DNA from: a virus
Lineage: Duplodnaviria; Caudoviricetes
IMG/VR virus record: IMGVR_UViG_3300028833_000098
Span: 1 to 64,000 of that record
Length of the DNA: 64,000 bases
Strand: one strand, 5' to 3'
The position numbers and the translations under genes are program-made. Of this stretch, positions 39,307-48,672 are shown piece after piece. Each line of letters starts with the position of its first letter. Positions within the stretch are counted from its first letter, which is position 1. The notes under the pieces are model-generated. The model saw only the letters and a program-made list of their open reading frames with translations. It had not been told where the DNA came from and did not search any database.

Positions 39307-40515
39307 ATGATTTCAAAAGAAATTATTGATTCAATCGATGAAGTTGTCATCGAATCAAATATCGATGTATTTGAATCATTATGTGCATCATATGACAAAG
39401 CATATGATATTCTTGAATACTGTTCTGATGACGATGTTGATTTCGGCATGTTTTCTATCATTCAGGAGTCAACCATTGAAAAGGGTGATACTGAATCAAA
39501 TGCAGACATTAAGAAGAAAGATAAAAAGCAAGGCAATATTCTTTCCAAGATGCTTGACGCTATTATCAGTTTCTTCAAAATGATCGGTTCAGCAATTGCC
39601 TCTTTCTTCAGGAAAGCAAAGGAAGGCATTTCTGATAAACTCAGAAAACTTTCTAAGAAATCTGATAAAGAATGCAGCGATGTTCAGGATAAGATCGATA
39701 ATGGTCCTGCTGGGGACAAGCTCGACAAGGCAGCTTCTTCTTTTGAAGAAAAAGCTGAAACAAAAGAAGCGCTTACTGATAACAGTGACGAAGAAAAGTC
39801 TGATGATGGTGAAAAGAAGCCTGATAACAAGACAAAGATACTTGTAAAGGAAAAGAAGATCAAAACACATATCAAGTTTGATGCTTGGATAAAATTCCTT
39901 GAATATAGTTATGCATATACAGAGCGTGTCGTTAACAAAGCAACAGTTCTGACAAAGAGTGATGTCAGGTCTGCAATTGTCAATAGACCAACTCGAGCAA
40001 TTCAGAAGAATAATAAGCCTCTCAAAGACGAAATCGAAAAAGTCCAAGGTGGAGTTGCTGATCTGGTAGGTGACATCAAAGGTGGTTCGGATGTTCGCAA
40101 GGCCCGTCTAAAGAAGCAAACACTTTTCTCAAAGTATTGTAAGAAATATCCCGTATCTGAAGTGGCAGATAGCATAGATAAGATAGATGATCTTCTCAAC
40201 AAGAATATCGAATCATCCAAGAATGCTTTGGAGAAATTCAAAAAGGTTAAGGTTGTTCTCGATAAGGGAAATAATAATTCCACATTCAATAAGCTCGTGA
40301 AGGATATTACCAAGATCCATACAGAGCTTGCCAATATCGGTTCAGTAACTCTGGCTCTCACGAAGTATATTGGTCTCGAGCTCGGTCTTTATGATTCTAT
40401 GCTTGCAATCATCATTCCTATGTTCGATAAGGAAATGGCTGATAAGAAGAAAGCCGAAGAGGAAGCAAATCCAACATTAAATGTCAATGTGAGAACCAAA
40501 AACAATGAGGAATAA
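39307..40515 (+). CDS. putative internal head/ejection protein (propeptide family)
   Basis: KEIIDSID..IES..VFES..YDK..FSIIQES. Confidence 0.65.
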   Translation: MISKEIIDSIDEVVIESNIDVFESLCASYDKAYDILEYCSDDDVDFGMFSIIQESTIEKGDTESNADIKKKDKKQGNILSKMLDAIISFFKMIGSAIASFFRKAKEGISDKLRKLSKKSDKECSDVQDKIDNGPAGDKLDKAASSFEEKAETKEALTDNSDEEKSDDGEKKPDNKTKILVKEKKIKTHIKFDAWIKFLEYSYAYTERVVNKATVLTKSDVRSAIVNRPTRAIQKNNKPLKDEIEKVQGGVADLVGDIKGGSDVRKARLKKQTLFSKYCKKYPVSEVADSIDKIDDLLNKNIESSKNALEKFKKVKVVLDKGNNNSTFNKLVKDITKIHTELANIGSVTLALTKYIGLELGLYDSMLAIIIPMFDKEMADKKKAEEEANPTLNVNVRTKNNEE

Positions 40516-40553
40516 ATTTCCTCATATCAAACTATATGAAAGGAAGAACTTGT

Positions 40554-41390
40554 ATGCCTATGAAGAGTAATCAGACTAACAAGTATGAGACTGCCTGTTT
40601 TATACAGGAAGCCCCTGTTATGTCAGAAATGAATGTTAATGGATATACAATCAAGAAATCTGCAGAAGGTCTTCCGTACTGTGAGTTCGAATCTACTCTG
40701 ATGACATTTAACGAATACAATCGTATGAGACGTCGTTATGATGCAAATAACATTGATACTGTTATTGCATCTGATGAAAGAATCAACGATCTATTGAGAC
40801 GTCATCAGTGGAGAGGTGAATGGAACCATCCAAATCCGGACATCAAGGGTCAACAGTATTCTGATATCCGTATGACTATTCCTGAACCAATAAGAACTTC
40901 ACACTTTATTACGAAACCCCGTCTTGAAGGTGACAGATATCGTGGACATATTATCACACATCCTCGTACAGAGTGTGGTAGAGCTGTTGCATCAGAAATC
41001 ATTGATATCGGTTCAATCCCATGCTTTTCTGTTCGTCTTCTTGGAAACATGATACCCAATGCTCCTGTAAACCAGCCTAACATGAGAGTGTCAAAGGTTA
41101 TCACATTTGATATGGTTGACTTTCCGTCACATGCTGGTGCACAGGCTGACATTACTCCAACACCATATCAGGAAGGTGCTGTCATCTTCTTGAAGGAATT
41201 GGCGAAGTACTGTTGTGAGCAGGATGAGAATATGAAGGTTGTATGCGAATCATTCCAGTTCTCTACAGATGAGATCATGGGAATTCACAATGGTAACATT
41301 GTATTCCAGGAAGCAGATACAAACTCAAGAATTCATATTCCTCTCAAGGGCGATATTCGTAAGGAAGCACTGTCAATAATACTCGGATGA
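40554..41390 (+). CDS. prohead (head maturation) protease, T4 gp21/phiKZ gp175-like
   Basis: NRMRRRY, GEWNHP, FSVRLLG, ITFDMVDFPSH; lies upstream of the capsid gene. Confidence 0.85.
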   Translation: MPMKSNQTNKYETACFIQEAPVMSEMNVNGYTIKKSAEGLPYCEFESTLMTFNEYNRMRRRYDANNIDTVIASDERINDLLRRHQWRGEWNHPNPDIKGQQYSDIRMTIPEPIRTSHFITKPRLEGDRYRGHIITHPRTECGRAVASEIIDIGSIPCFSVRLLGNMIPNAPVNQPNMRVSKVITFDMVDFPSHAGAQADITPTPYQEGAVIFLKELAKYCCEQDENMKVVCESFQFSTDEIMGIHNGNIVFQEADTNSRIHIPLKGDIRKEALSIILG

Positions 41391-41404
41391 TGGAGGATGG
41401 ATAA

Positions 41405-44400
41405 ATGGATGAAAATAAAATTATAATCAAACAATCTTATTTCACCAATATCCAGACCGCTATCAACTGCATCAATGAGTTTTTCTCTTCACAGTTCAAG
41501 AATAAGAATTTCCCTGTTCTCGATGAGGGAATGGATCTTGATCCAACTGTGGAGAGAATTATCTCTCGTCTGAATGTGGTTGATTCATCTTGGGTATTTG
41601 ATGAAAATAAGTTTCAGGATATGATGAATCTCATTAATGGTGAGATTGATAAAATCGATCCTGAGAATGGAGTCTATGGTACAATCATGGATTCTAATAA
41701 TGAAGCACTCATACAGGCTGTTGAATCCTATATCGGTTTCAAGTTCCTGAATATGATAGCTGATAACTTCGAGGCTTTCACTAAATTCATCAATGGTATT
41801 TATACATTCGAATTATTCTACAAGACAGCTGAATATGCTGATGTACTGGAAGTCTTTGATAAGGTTATTCCTTTTGACGAAGTACCCGGTCTTGATCTTG
41901 AAGAAAAGTTCTTCGATGATGCTGCATATGTAGAGGGTCTTATTCAGAACGAGAATGTTTCGTTACCTGATGCTCTCGACTTTGATAGTCAGAAGGAAAG
42001 AATGGAAGCCCGTCAGAATCTTGATGGATATGAAATCCTTGTAGATGATACAGTTCAGGAAGCTGCAGAGGTTAATTATTTTATCAATGATAAACCCCAG
42101 AACATGAAGTATTCTGATTCCCAGAAAAAGTTCATGATCTCAAACGAATTCGAAAGTGCTGTCAATGATCTTGTATCAGGTCTTCGTAAATGTGATACAA
42201 CAGACGATCTCCTCAAGTATTTCCAGGATGCAAATACAATTCCTAAGTTGGTAGATCGTATGAGTAGAACGACTATTCCGTATATACTCGTCAAGGTTCT
42301 TACTAATCCTAAGAAGACACCTGCTGATCTGTCGGCTAAGTTGAAGAAGTATACTGATTCTTATGCATCAATTCTGTCACAGAATAACGGTGCTCGTAGA
42401 TTTGAAAACTATGATCTCTTCTCTACTTTCAAATCTGATAAGGAAGGTACTATCAAATTCATTGAGGACTTCTGCAAACTCAAATTGATAAATGATGCTG
42501 ATGCATCTATTGCGAATAACACATTACTTACAATATTCAATATATTCGATTCCAGAATATATTTGGATCTTGCATATAATGTTGCTCCTGAATCCATCAC
42601 AAAAGAAAAGATGGAGGATGCATTCGTTAAGGAAATCCGTGGCAGGATCAATAAGAACTCTCGTTCTAAGACAGCATATACAGAAGAGGCTCCCAAGGAG
42701 ACTGACGAAACAGGTACTCCAACCGAGACTAAACCTGATACAACAGAAACTGTCAATGAGTATGTATCAACTGAACTGAAAAAGTTCGGTACAATGACTC
42801 ATAATGATATGAGATACTGTGATCAATTCTCAGCTCTTATTGAGAAGGAAATTGATACCATTGATGATCGCATGTTCAATGAGCATGTTTCACCTATACT
42901 TGTTGACGAATATATCGGCGAGTCTTATGATGTAGAATCTCTTGAAGCATTCTATGCAGAGGCTTCTGTTCCGCAGCGTCGTATAAGACTTCAGTCTGCA
43001 ATCAATTCACTGATGCATGATTGCGAGAAAATTGTTTCAATGGATAAACAGCATCGTTGGAATAACAACACATTCTCACGTCAGTACAGAACAACGACTT
43101 CAATGTTCTTGTTCTTCTTGTGTCCCAACATCAATGGTTCTTCCGAAGAGCATACCAATATAAAGCAGCTCCATCATTGGCTGGGTAAGGCTGTTAACGG
43201 TAAAGCAGGTAACTTCACATCTGAACAGATGTCAACTCTATCTCAACTGAGAGATCTCGTTTCAGACATGTGGGGTACTGTTAAGCTGTTCTGGTTAAAT
43301 CCCAGGAACTGGTTTAAGAACATTAATCTTACACAGAATACAGGTATCCAGAAACGTGTAAGAAAGATGGCTGATATTGCCAAACAGATAGTTGCTCTCA
43401 AGGGTGAACTTGGATTTATTAATGACGAAATGTTCGTTGATGAATATGCATTCATGAAACAGTTCTCCGATGAAGTTATCATGGAAGCAACTACTGAAGA
43501 GAACCATAACAGACTCAACAAATCTGTTGGTTTGTTAATGGATGACATGGGTAGAATTGTAAAAATGTCCAAGGAAAATAAATGGACAAACAATTCATGC
43601 CTTTCGATGTTCAGAGCCGGTGAGACACTCAAGAATGTAAAAGAAGCGAAGAAGTATGTTGACCGTGCTATTATCGGTTCAGGTGGTGTCAAAGTAAAAG
43701 ACACTGATACTCTCAAAGAGCTTCTGATCAAGATTAAGGATCTTCTTTCTACCGTAAATGGTATGAAACTCAATCCTTTCATTCATAAGAATATAAAGGA
43801 ATCAGGTCCTGCAAAGAAAGTATCAGTAATAGCAAATGACATCTTTAAAATGAAACCTTCTCTTGGCTTCTTAAAGGATGCTCCTGTAAAGGAAAGATCC
43901 GAAGATAAAAATGACGAGAAGGAAGAAAAAACAGTTGAAGAATCAACTGTTATGGATTTTGAAGAATTCATGGTTGTCATGGAAGCTGCTCCTGAAGATG
44001 GAAGTATTCCAAACTACATGAAGAACAGAATAGCTCTATCAGATAATATGAAGACACAAACAGTTCCTGTTGATCTTCCTGAAGGAGTTCCTCAGAATCC
44101 TATTCCGGATCTTACTCAATCAATTGATACAAAGCTTTCTACCGATAGCAATGATATCAATGATATGCTTGGTTCAGGTTACACACCTGCAAACAAGAAA
44201 GAAGAAGCAAAGACAGTCATCAATATCACAAACAACTATACGAATTCTTTCAATAAGGATTCATATAATACCAGCACAACCACTGATAGTTCTACTGGTA
44301 AGGTGACTAACACAACAACCACGAATACGAATTCTCACAATGATTCTTCTTCAAACAAAGATTCCTCTAACAATAAAAGAACCACATCATCAAATTCAGT

Positions 44401-45115
44401 AAAAACTGATAAATCTGGTTCTAACAATAATAATAATAGCAGCACATCTGCTGAGCTAAAGGAATCGAAGAAGAGTGAAACTTTCTCGAATGGTAAAACC
44501 GTTCAAGAGATGTTCGCATTCTTGGAATCTGCGGCGCCCCAATCAGATAGAAGTGATGCTGGAAAACCTCCTAAGGAGGATTCTTTAACTAAGGCTATGG
44601 ATCGTGACAGGAAAACGTTACCTGCTCAACAGGGAGCGAAGAAAGCTACGACCAAAGCACTTAATACCGGCAAGGCTGTCCTAAAACCCGTTTCTCGAAC
44701 AAAGCAGTGGATCAACAATGTTGTGAACTCTGTAATCAAAAGAGACGAAGATCAAGTCAAGGCCGAGATGTTCGATAATCCTAGCTATCGTTCTGCTGTA
44801 CTCAAAGCAGCTAGACTTGCTACCAAGCTTGGAATGACTGGTGTTTTAACTGCATTAAGTCCGTACCTGGGAGTCGGATATGTGGGAGTTCAGGGCCTTA
44901 AGGCTATGGATAAACATAGACTCAAGGATGAAATGGCTAATGAGCTTATGACTGAACTTGAAATAACAGATCAGAAAATAAGAGATCTTAGCAATTCAAA
45001 TTCCCCTGAAGCATTAAAACAAAAGTATGAACTGATGAGAATTCGTCAGAAGCTTATTGAGAAGATTCCTCAAACAAAGAGATCTTTGATTAAGCATCCA
45101 AGTGATTTGGCATAA
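41405..45115 (+). CDS. large modular virion protein / putative polyprotein
   Basis: 1236 aa; internal tandem duplication; multiple xxE|A/S sites; C-terminal hydrophobic hairpin and coiled coil. Confidence 0.6.
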   Translation: MDENKIIIKQSYFTNIQTAINCINEFFSSQFKNKNFPVLDEGMDLDPTVERIISRLNVVDSSWVFDENKFQDMMNLINGEIDKIDPENGVYGTIMDSNNEALIQAVESYIGFKFLNMIADNFEAFTKFINGIYTFELFYKTAEYADVLEVFDKVIPFDEVPGLDLEEKFFDDAAYVEGLIQNENVSLPDALDFDSQKERMEARQNLDGYEILVDDTVQEAAEVNYFINDKPQNMKYSDSQKKFMISNEFESAVNDLVSGLRKCDTTDDLLKYFQDANTIPKLVDRMSRTTIPYILVKVLTNPKKTPADLSAKLKKYTDSYASILSQNNGARRFENYDLFSTFKSDKEGTIKFIEDFCKLKLINDADASIANNTLLTIFNIFDSRIYLDLAYNVAPESITKEKMEDAFVKEIRGRINKNSRSKTAYTEEAPKETDETGTPTETKPDTTETVNEYVSTELKKFGTMTHNDMRYCDQFSALIEKEIDTIDDRMFNEHVSPILVDEYIGESYDVESLEAFYAEASVPQRRIRLQSAINSLMHDCEKIVSMDKQHRWNNNTFSRQYRTTTSMFLFFLCPNINGSSEEHTNIKQLHHWLGKAVNGKAGNFTSEQMSTLSQLRDLVSDMWGTVKLFWLNPRNWFKNINLTQNTGIQKRVRKMADIAKQIVALKGELGFINDEMFVDEYAFMKQFSDEVIMEATTEENHNRLNKSVGLLMDDMGRIVKMSKENKWTNNSCLSMFRAGETLKNVKEAKKYVDRAIIGSGGVKVKDTDTLKELLIKIKDLLSTVNGMKLNPFIHKNIKESGPAKKVSVIANDIFKMKPSLGFLKDAPVKERSEDKNDEKEEKTVEESTVMDFEEFMVVMEAAPEDGSIPNYMKNRIALSDNMKTQTVPVDLPEGVPQNPIPDLTQSIDTKLSTDSNDINDMLGSGYTPANKKEEAKTVINITNNYTNSFNKDSYNTSTTTDSSTGKVTNTTTTNTNSHNDSSSNKDSSNNKRTTSSNSVKTDKSGSNNNNNSSTSAELKESKKSETFSNGKTVQEMFAFLESAAPQSDRSDAGKPPKEDSLTKAMDRDRKTLPAQQGAKKATTKALNTGKAVLKPVSRTKQWINNVVNSVIKRDEDQVKAEMFDNPSYRSAVLKAARLATKLGMTGVLTALSPYLGVGYVGVQGLKAMDKHRLKDEMANELMTELEITDQKIRDLSNSNSPEALKQKYELMRIRQKLIEKIPQTKRSLIKHPSDLA

Positions 45116-45136
45116 CACAAAGGGGGGATATAACCA

Positions 45137-45745
45137 GTGCCAAACAAAGATCTGTTCTTCATGGTCATGGAGGCTGATGGAGATGAGATGCAAGCATTCG
45201 ATGAGAATGCTCCTGCACCAGAAGATGCTGGTGCTGATGAGACTACCCCTGCTGCTACTGAAGAACCAAGTGGTGGCGAAGGTGATGTCGAAGCACCACC
45301 AGAAATGAATGAGGACGACTTTGGAATGGGTGGTCTGAATGACATGGATAGTGGTGAATCTTCAGAAGGCGAAGAGACTTCTGGTGAAGGTGGTGGTGAC
45401 GAAGAAGCTGATAAACAGGATACAAAGCTTTCAACTAAAGCGAATGATATTTTGAATCAGTCGTTATACACTAAATTCGTCAATCGTAATAGAGAGATAG
45501 AGGACATCATAACAAGTATCAAAGATACTATACCTCTACTCCCAAATGATATCATTAAATCTAATGATAAGTCAATGAACCAACTGAAGGCTGCCCTTCA
45601 AAAAGGACAAGAATACGTTATCAATGATTTCGTAGATTCTGGTTATGGTGAGAACTTATTGTTCTACCAAAAACTGGACAGCTTATATGTACTTCTACTG
45701 AATCGAATTGATACTAATCTGAGAAAAATTGACGTAGGTCAATAA
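45137..45745 (+). CDS. acidic scaffold-like head protein
   Basis: MVMEA site, acidic N-terminal half, directly upstream of the capsid gene. Confidence 0.5.
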   Translation: MPNKDLFFMVMEADGDEMQAFDENAPAPEDAGADETTPAATEEPSGGEGDVEAPPEMNEDDFGMGGLNDMDSGESSEGEETSGEGGGDEEADKQDTKLSTKANDILNQSLYTKFVNRNREIEDIITSIKDTIPLLPNDIIKSNDKSMNQLKAALQKGQEYVINDFVDSGYGENLLFYQKLDSLYVLLLNRIDTNLRKIDVGQ

Positions 45746-45793
45746 TGAAAGACAATATCTTTCGAAATTTAAATCAAAAGGAGTGTTTTATTC

Positions 45794-48031
45794 ATGGCAT
45801 ACAATGTATCAAATATGAACAATGGCCACGGATCATGGTTCCAGGAACAGATGAACATGATTAACAACTCATCTGCTGCAGAGCTGGATTCACTTAGCGA
45901 CACTTTTGCTAAGAATTTTCAGGAAACAGTTACTGATATCGCCAACACATATAACGGCATCAACGTAATGAGAGATGCCAAGAAGATGATGGATAACCCC
46001 GAGATCATGCAGGAATACAAGGTACAGCTTCTTGATCCTATTCTTGAGGAAATCCGTACAGCTGCTGCTGATCAGACAGACCCTGGTGAGAAGTTCCACC
46101 TTGAGAGCGTTGCAGATCAGCTCGAGTCTTCATGGAATGAAAGCCAGAAGAGCTTCCTGGTACAGGAGTCTTATAACACAGCTACATATCTTCCTCTTTC
46201 AACTCTCGACTTCCCTGCTCTGATCAAGCAGTACATCAGATTCCTTGGTAAGGATATCATCCCCGTACAGACTGCTTCTTCAACAAACATCGAGCAGCGT
46301 ATATTCGTTAAGTATCTCGTAAACAACCAGACTGGTGAAGAGTATGAGGTACCTAAGGTATACTGGCAGAAGGAAGCTGACGGCACACCTACATGGAAGA
46401 AGCTCTGGAATGCTGGTAAGGGCGTAAGGATCAACGATAAGGATCCTATCATGCTTGCTGACATAGCTGCTGCTAAGAACAAGAAGTATGATATGTTCAA
46501 TCACCTTCTCCAGGACAACGGTGAGGCATATCCTGAACAGGGTCAGGCTGGTGCATTCGAGAAGACACTGAGAACTCGTCTCTCTTATGACTTCAACATC
46601 CAGTACGTTGCACTCGATGGCTCAACAGAGGATAGTTATTCAGCTATCACATTCTCTGGTGCAGGTACAACAGAGTCTCCTTATTCTCCTGCATATGAGT
46701 CTGGTAAGTACTACACAAAGAGCGGCGAAGAATATACCGCTGTAACTGGTGATGATGCTCCTGCAGACTGGGGTACAGATACAACTGGTAAGTACTACTC
46801 AAAGACTCCTGGTCAGACTGGCGTTAAGAAGGTTAAGCTCCCTGGTGCTGGTATCGCTATTGATATCCAGACTGGTGGTGTATTCCTTAACGGTGACTTC
46901 GCAGATGCTAAGCTTCCCGTTGTTGATCCTAATACAAATATTCCTACAGGTGAAGTTACAGATGCTATCAGCGATATGCTTTCTGGTCGTGTTGACTTCG
47001 TTAAGGGCACACTGACAGCTTCTTCATGCGGCACAATCGTAGGTCTCTATGTTTCTGGTCACATCTCAAACGAGACAAACCTCAGAACAATCGGCTTCAG
47101 AGAGTATCCTCTCATCCGTAAGTTCCTGATCTCCGATGGTTGCAGATTCCAGCTTCCTTTCACAGTTGAAGACTTTGCTGAGGCAAACGCTGCACTCAAC
47201 TTCAACCTCTACAACAGACTCGTTCAGGAGCTCGTTGTTAACCAGGAAATGTTCGAGGATGAGTCAATCCTTGAGTACCTCGACGAGCAGTTCGAGATGT
47301 ATGATGGTTACGATTCAGACGTATTCGCTCTCGAGAGCTATACACATACTGAGTTCTGTGACCTTGATCCTACTTCCATTTCACCTACATTCGCAGGCGA
47401 TCCTTGGGAGTACAGAACCAATGCTATCCACAACGCAATCAACTCTGTAATCTATGAGCTCTGCGATCGTGGTAAGCTTGAGAACCTTGGCTTCGTTATC
47501 TATGCTAACCCCAAGGCTTGTCGTCTCCTCAATAAGTTCGTAACATGGACTGTTAAGAAGAGCACAGAAATCGGTGGTGTTCAGATGAACCACAGCTTCG
47601 GTATCCTTACTGACAGCGATCTCCCGATCCGTGTTGTTGCTTCTAACCGTGTTGACGCTTACACACTCATCCCTGCATACCAGAAGGATGAGGAGGGCAA
47701 TCCTCTTCCTGAGGGCACAATGTCTAAGGAGTACTTCTTCAAGATCGTTGCTTATCCGATGGATAAGTTCCACATCTCCTACAAGCACCTCCGTTTCGCA
47801 CGTCACCTCACAAATTCTCCTGAGAATGCTGGTTACGCTGATATCAACAATCCTGGTGGTCAGGCAGTTCTTATCACAACCTCTGCTCAGTACAAGACAA
47901 TCTCTGTACAGGGTATTCAGGGTCGTGTTATCTGCAAGAACACTGTTCTCGTTCCTGATATCAAGGCTGGTGTTACAACTCCTTCTAACATCACAGACGG
48001 TGGAGAAGACGGCGGCAACAGCATGCCTTAA
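45794..48031 (+). CDS. major capsid protein
   Basis: 745 aa; strong high-expression codon bias; helical N-domain ending LVQES; FPALIKQYIRFLGKDIIPVQ resembles the gp23-type motif; follows the protease; strong terminator after. Confidence 0.8.
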   Translation: MAYNVSNMNNGHGSWFQEQMNMINNSSAAELDSLSDTFAKNFQETVTDIANTYNGINVMRDAKKMMDNPEIMQEYKVQLLDPILEEIRTAAADQTDPGEKFHLESVADQLESSWNESQKSFLVQESYNTATYLPLSTLDFPALIKQYIRFLGKDIIPVQTASSTNIEQRIFVKYLVNNQTGEEYEVPKVYWQKEADGTPTWKKLWNAGKGVRINDKDPIMLADIAAAKNKKYDMFNHLLQDNGEAYPEQGQAGAFEKTLRTRLSYDFNIQYVALDGSTEDSYSAITFSGAGTTESPYSPAYESGKYYTKSGEEYTAVTGDDAPADWGTDTTGKYYSKTPGQTGVKKVKLPGAGIAIDIQTGGVFLNGDFADAKLPVVDPNTNIPTGEVTDAISDMLSGRVDFVKGTLTASSCGTIVGLYVSGHISNETNLRTIGFREYPLIRKFLISDGCRFQLPFTVEDFAEANAALNFNLYNRLVQELVVNQEMFEDESILEYLDEQFEMYDGYDSDVFALESYTHTEFCDLDPTSISPTFAGDPWEYRTNAIHNAINSVIYELCDRGKLENLGFVIYANPKACRLLNKFVTWTVKKSTEIGGVQMNHSFGILTDSDLPIRVVASNRVDAYTLIPAYQKDEEGNPLPEGTMSKEYFFKIVAYPMDKFHISYKHLRFARHLTNSPENAGYADINNPGGQAVLITTSAQYKTISVQGIQGRVICKNTVLVPDIKAGVTTPSNITDGGEDGGNSMP

Positions 48032-48062
48032 TCGTACATAAAGTACATGAATAATTAAAGTG

Positions 48063-48092
48063 GACGGGGGCAACAGCCCCCGTCTATTATTT
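48063..48092. terminator. bidirectional terminator
   Basis: GACGGGGGC-AACA-GCCCCCGTC-TATTATTTT. Confidence 0.8.
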
Positions 48093-48628
48093 TACACTGT
48101 TTCTAAAAAATTCTCTATCATTGCTAAACACATTTTAATTACATATTCAGGTTCTATATCAGAATATGTTTCTAAGGTATTATCTATAATACTTCGCGTG
48201 GAATCCCTTCTTGCGATTTTAAGATTCTTTGATAATAAAACCTCCATATTGATATTTTCTAATATGGTTTCTCTCATTGCTTTTGATTCTTCAGGTGAAG
48301 GTAATCTAAACTCTTTTAAAAGATTTTTTGTTTTAATAACATTATCAAGTTTCTTTTCAACGTTGTCGATACCACTGGATAACGATCCTATGTTCTTATT
48401 GATTATGGTAAGAGCCTTCTTATAATCATTATCCATATTGAATAATTTATCATCTGAATTATCTTGGTTTACTTTCAATTGGTATACTGAGAAAGTCAAT
48501 GATGATATTATGTCATTATTTTCTTTTTTCATTCTTAAAATAATGACGAAGAGAACTGATGTCAATATCAGTAAAATGGATATGGCGACCAGCATGATTA
48601 TTAATAAACATAAACAATTTGTAGACAT
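48092..48628 (-). CDS. N-terminally anchored coiled-coil membrane protein
   Basis: Long TM segment then coiled coil; RBS AAGGAGG; very AT-rich. Confidence 0.65.
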   Translation of the reverse strand: MSTNCLCLLIIMLVAISILLILTSVLFVIILRMKKENNDIISSLTFSVYQLKVNQDNSDDKLFNMDNDYKKALTIINKNIGSLSSGIDNVEKKLDNVIKTKNLLKEFRLPSPEESKAMRETILENINMEVLLSKNLKIARRDSTRSIIDNTLETYSDIEPEYVIKMCLAMIENFLETV

Positions 48629-48672
48629 AATGGATCCTCCTTAAAAATATAAAAGATTGGAAGTGTTATTAA

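Noticed and set aside
47381-48073. 230-aa antisense ORF over the capsid gene
   Set aside because: Shadow ORF expected from the strong codon bias of the sense gene; its start lies within a terminator hairpin and it has no RBS.
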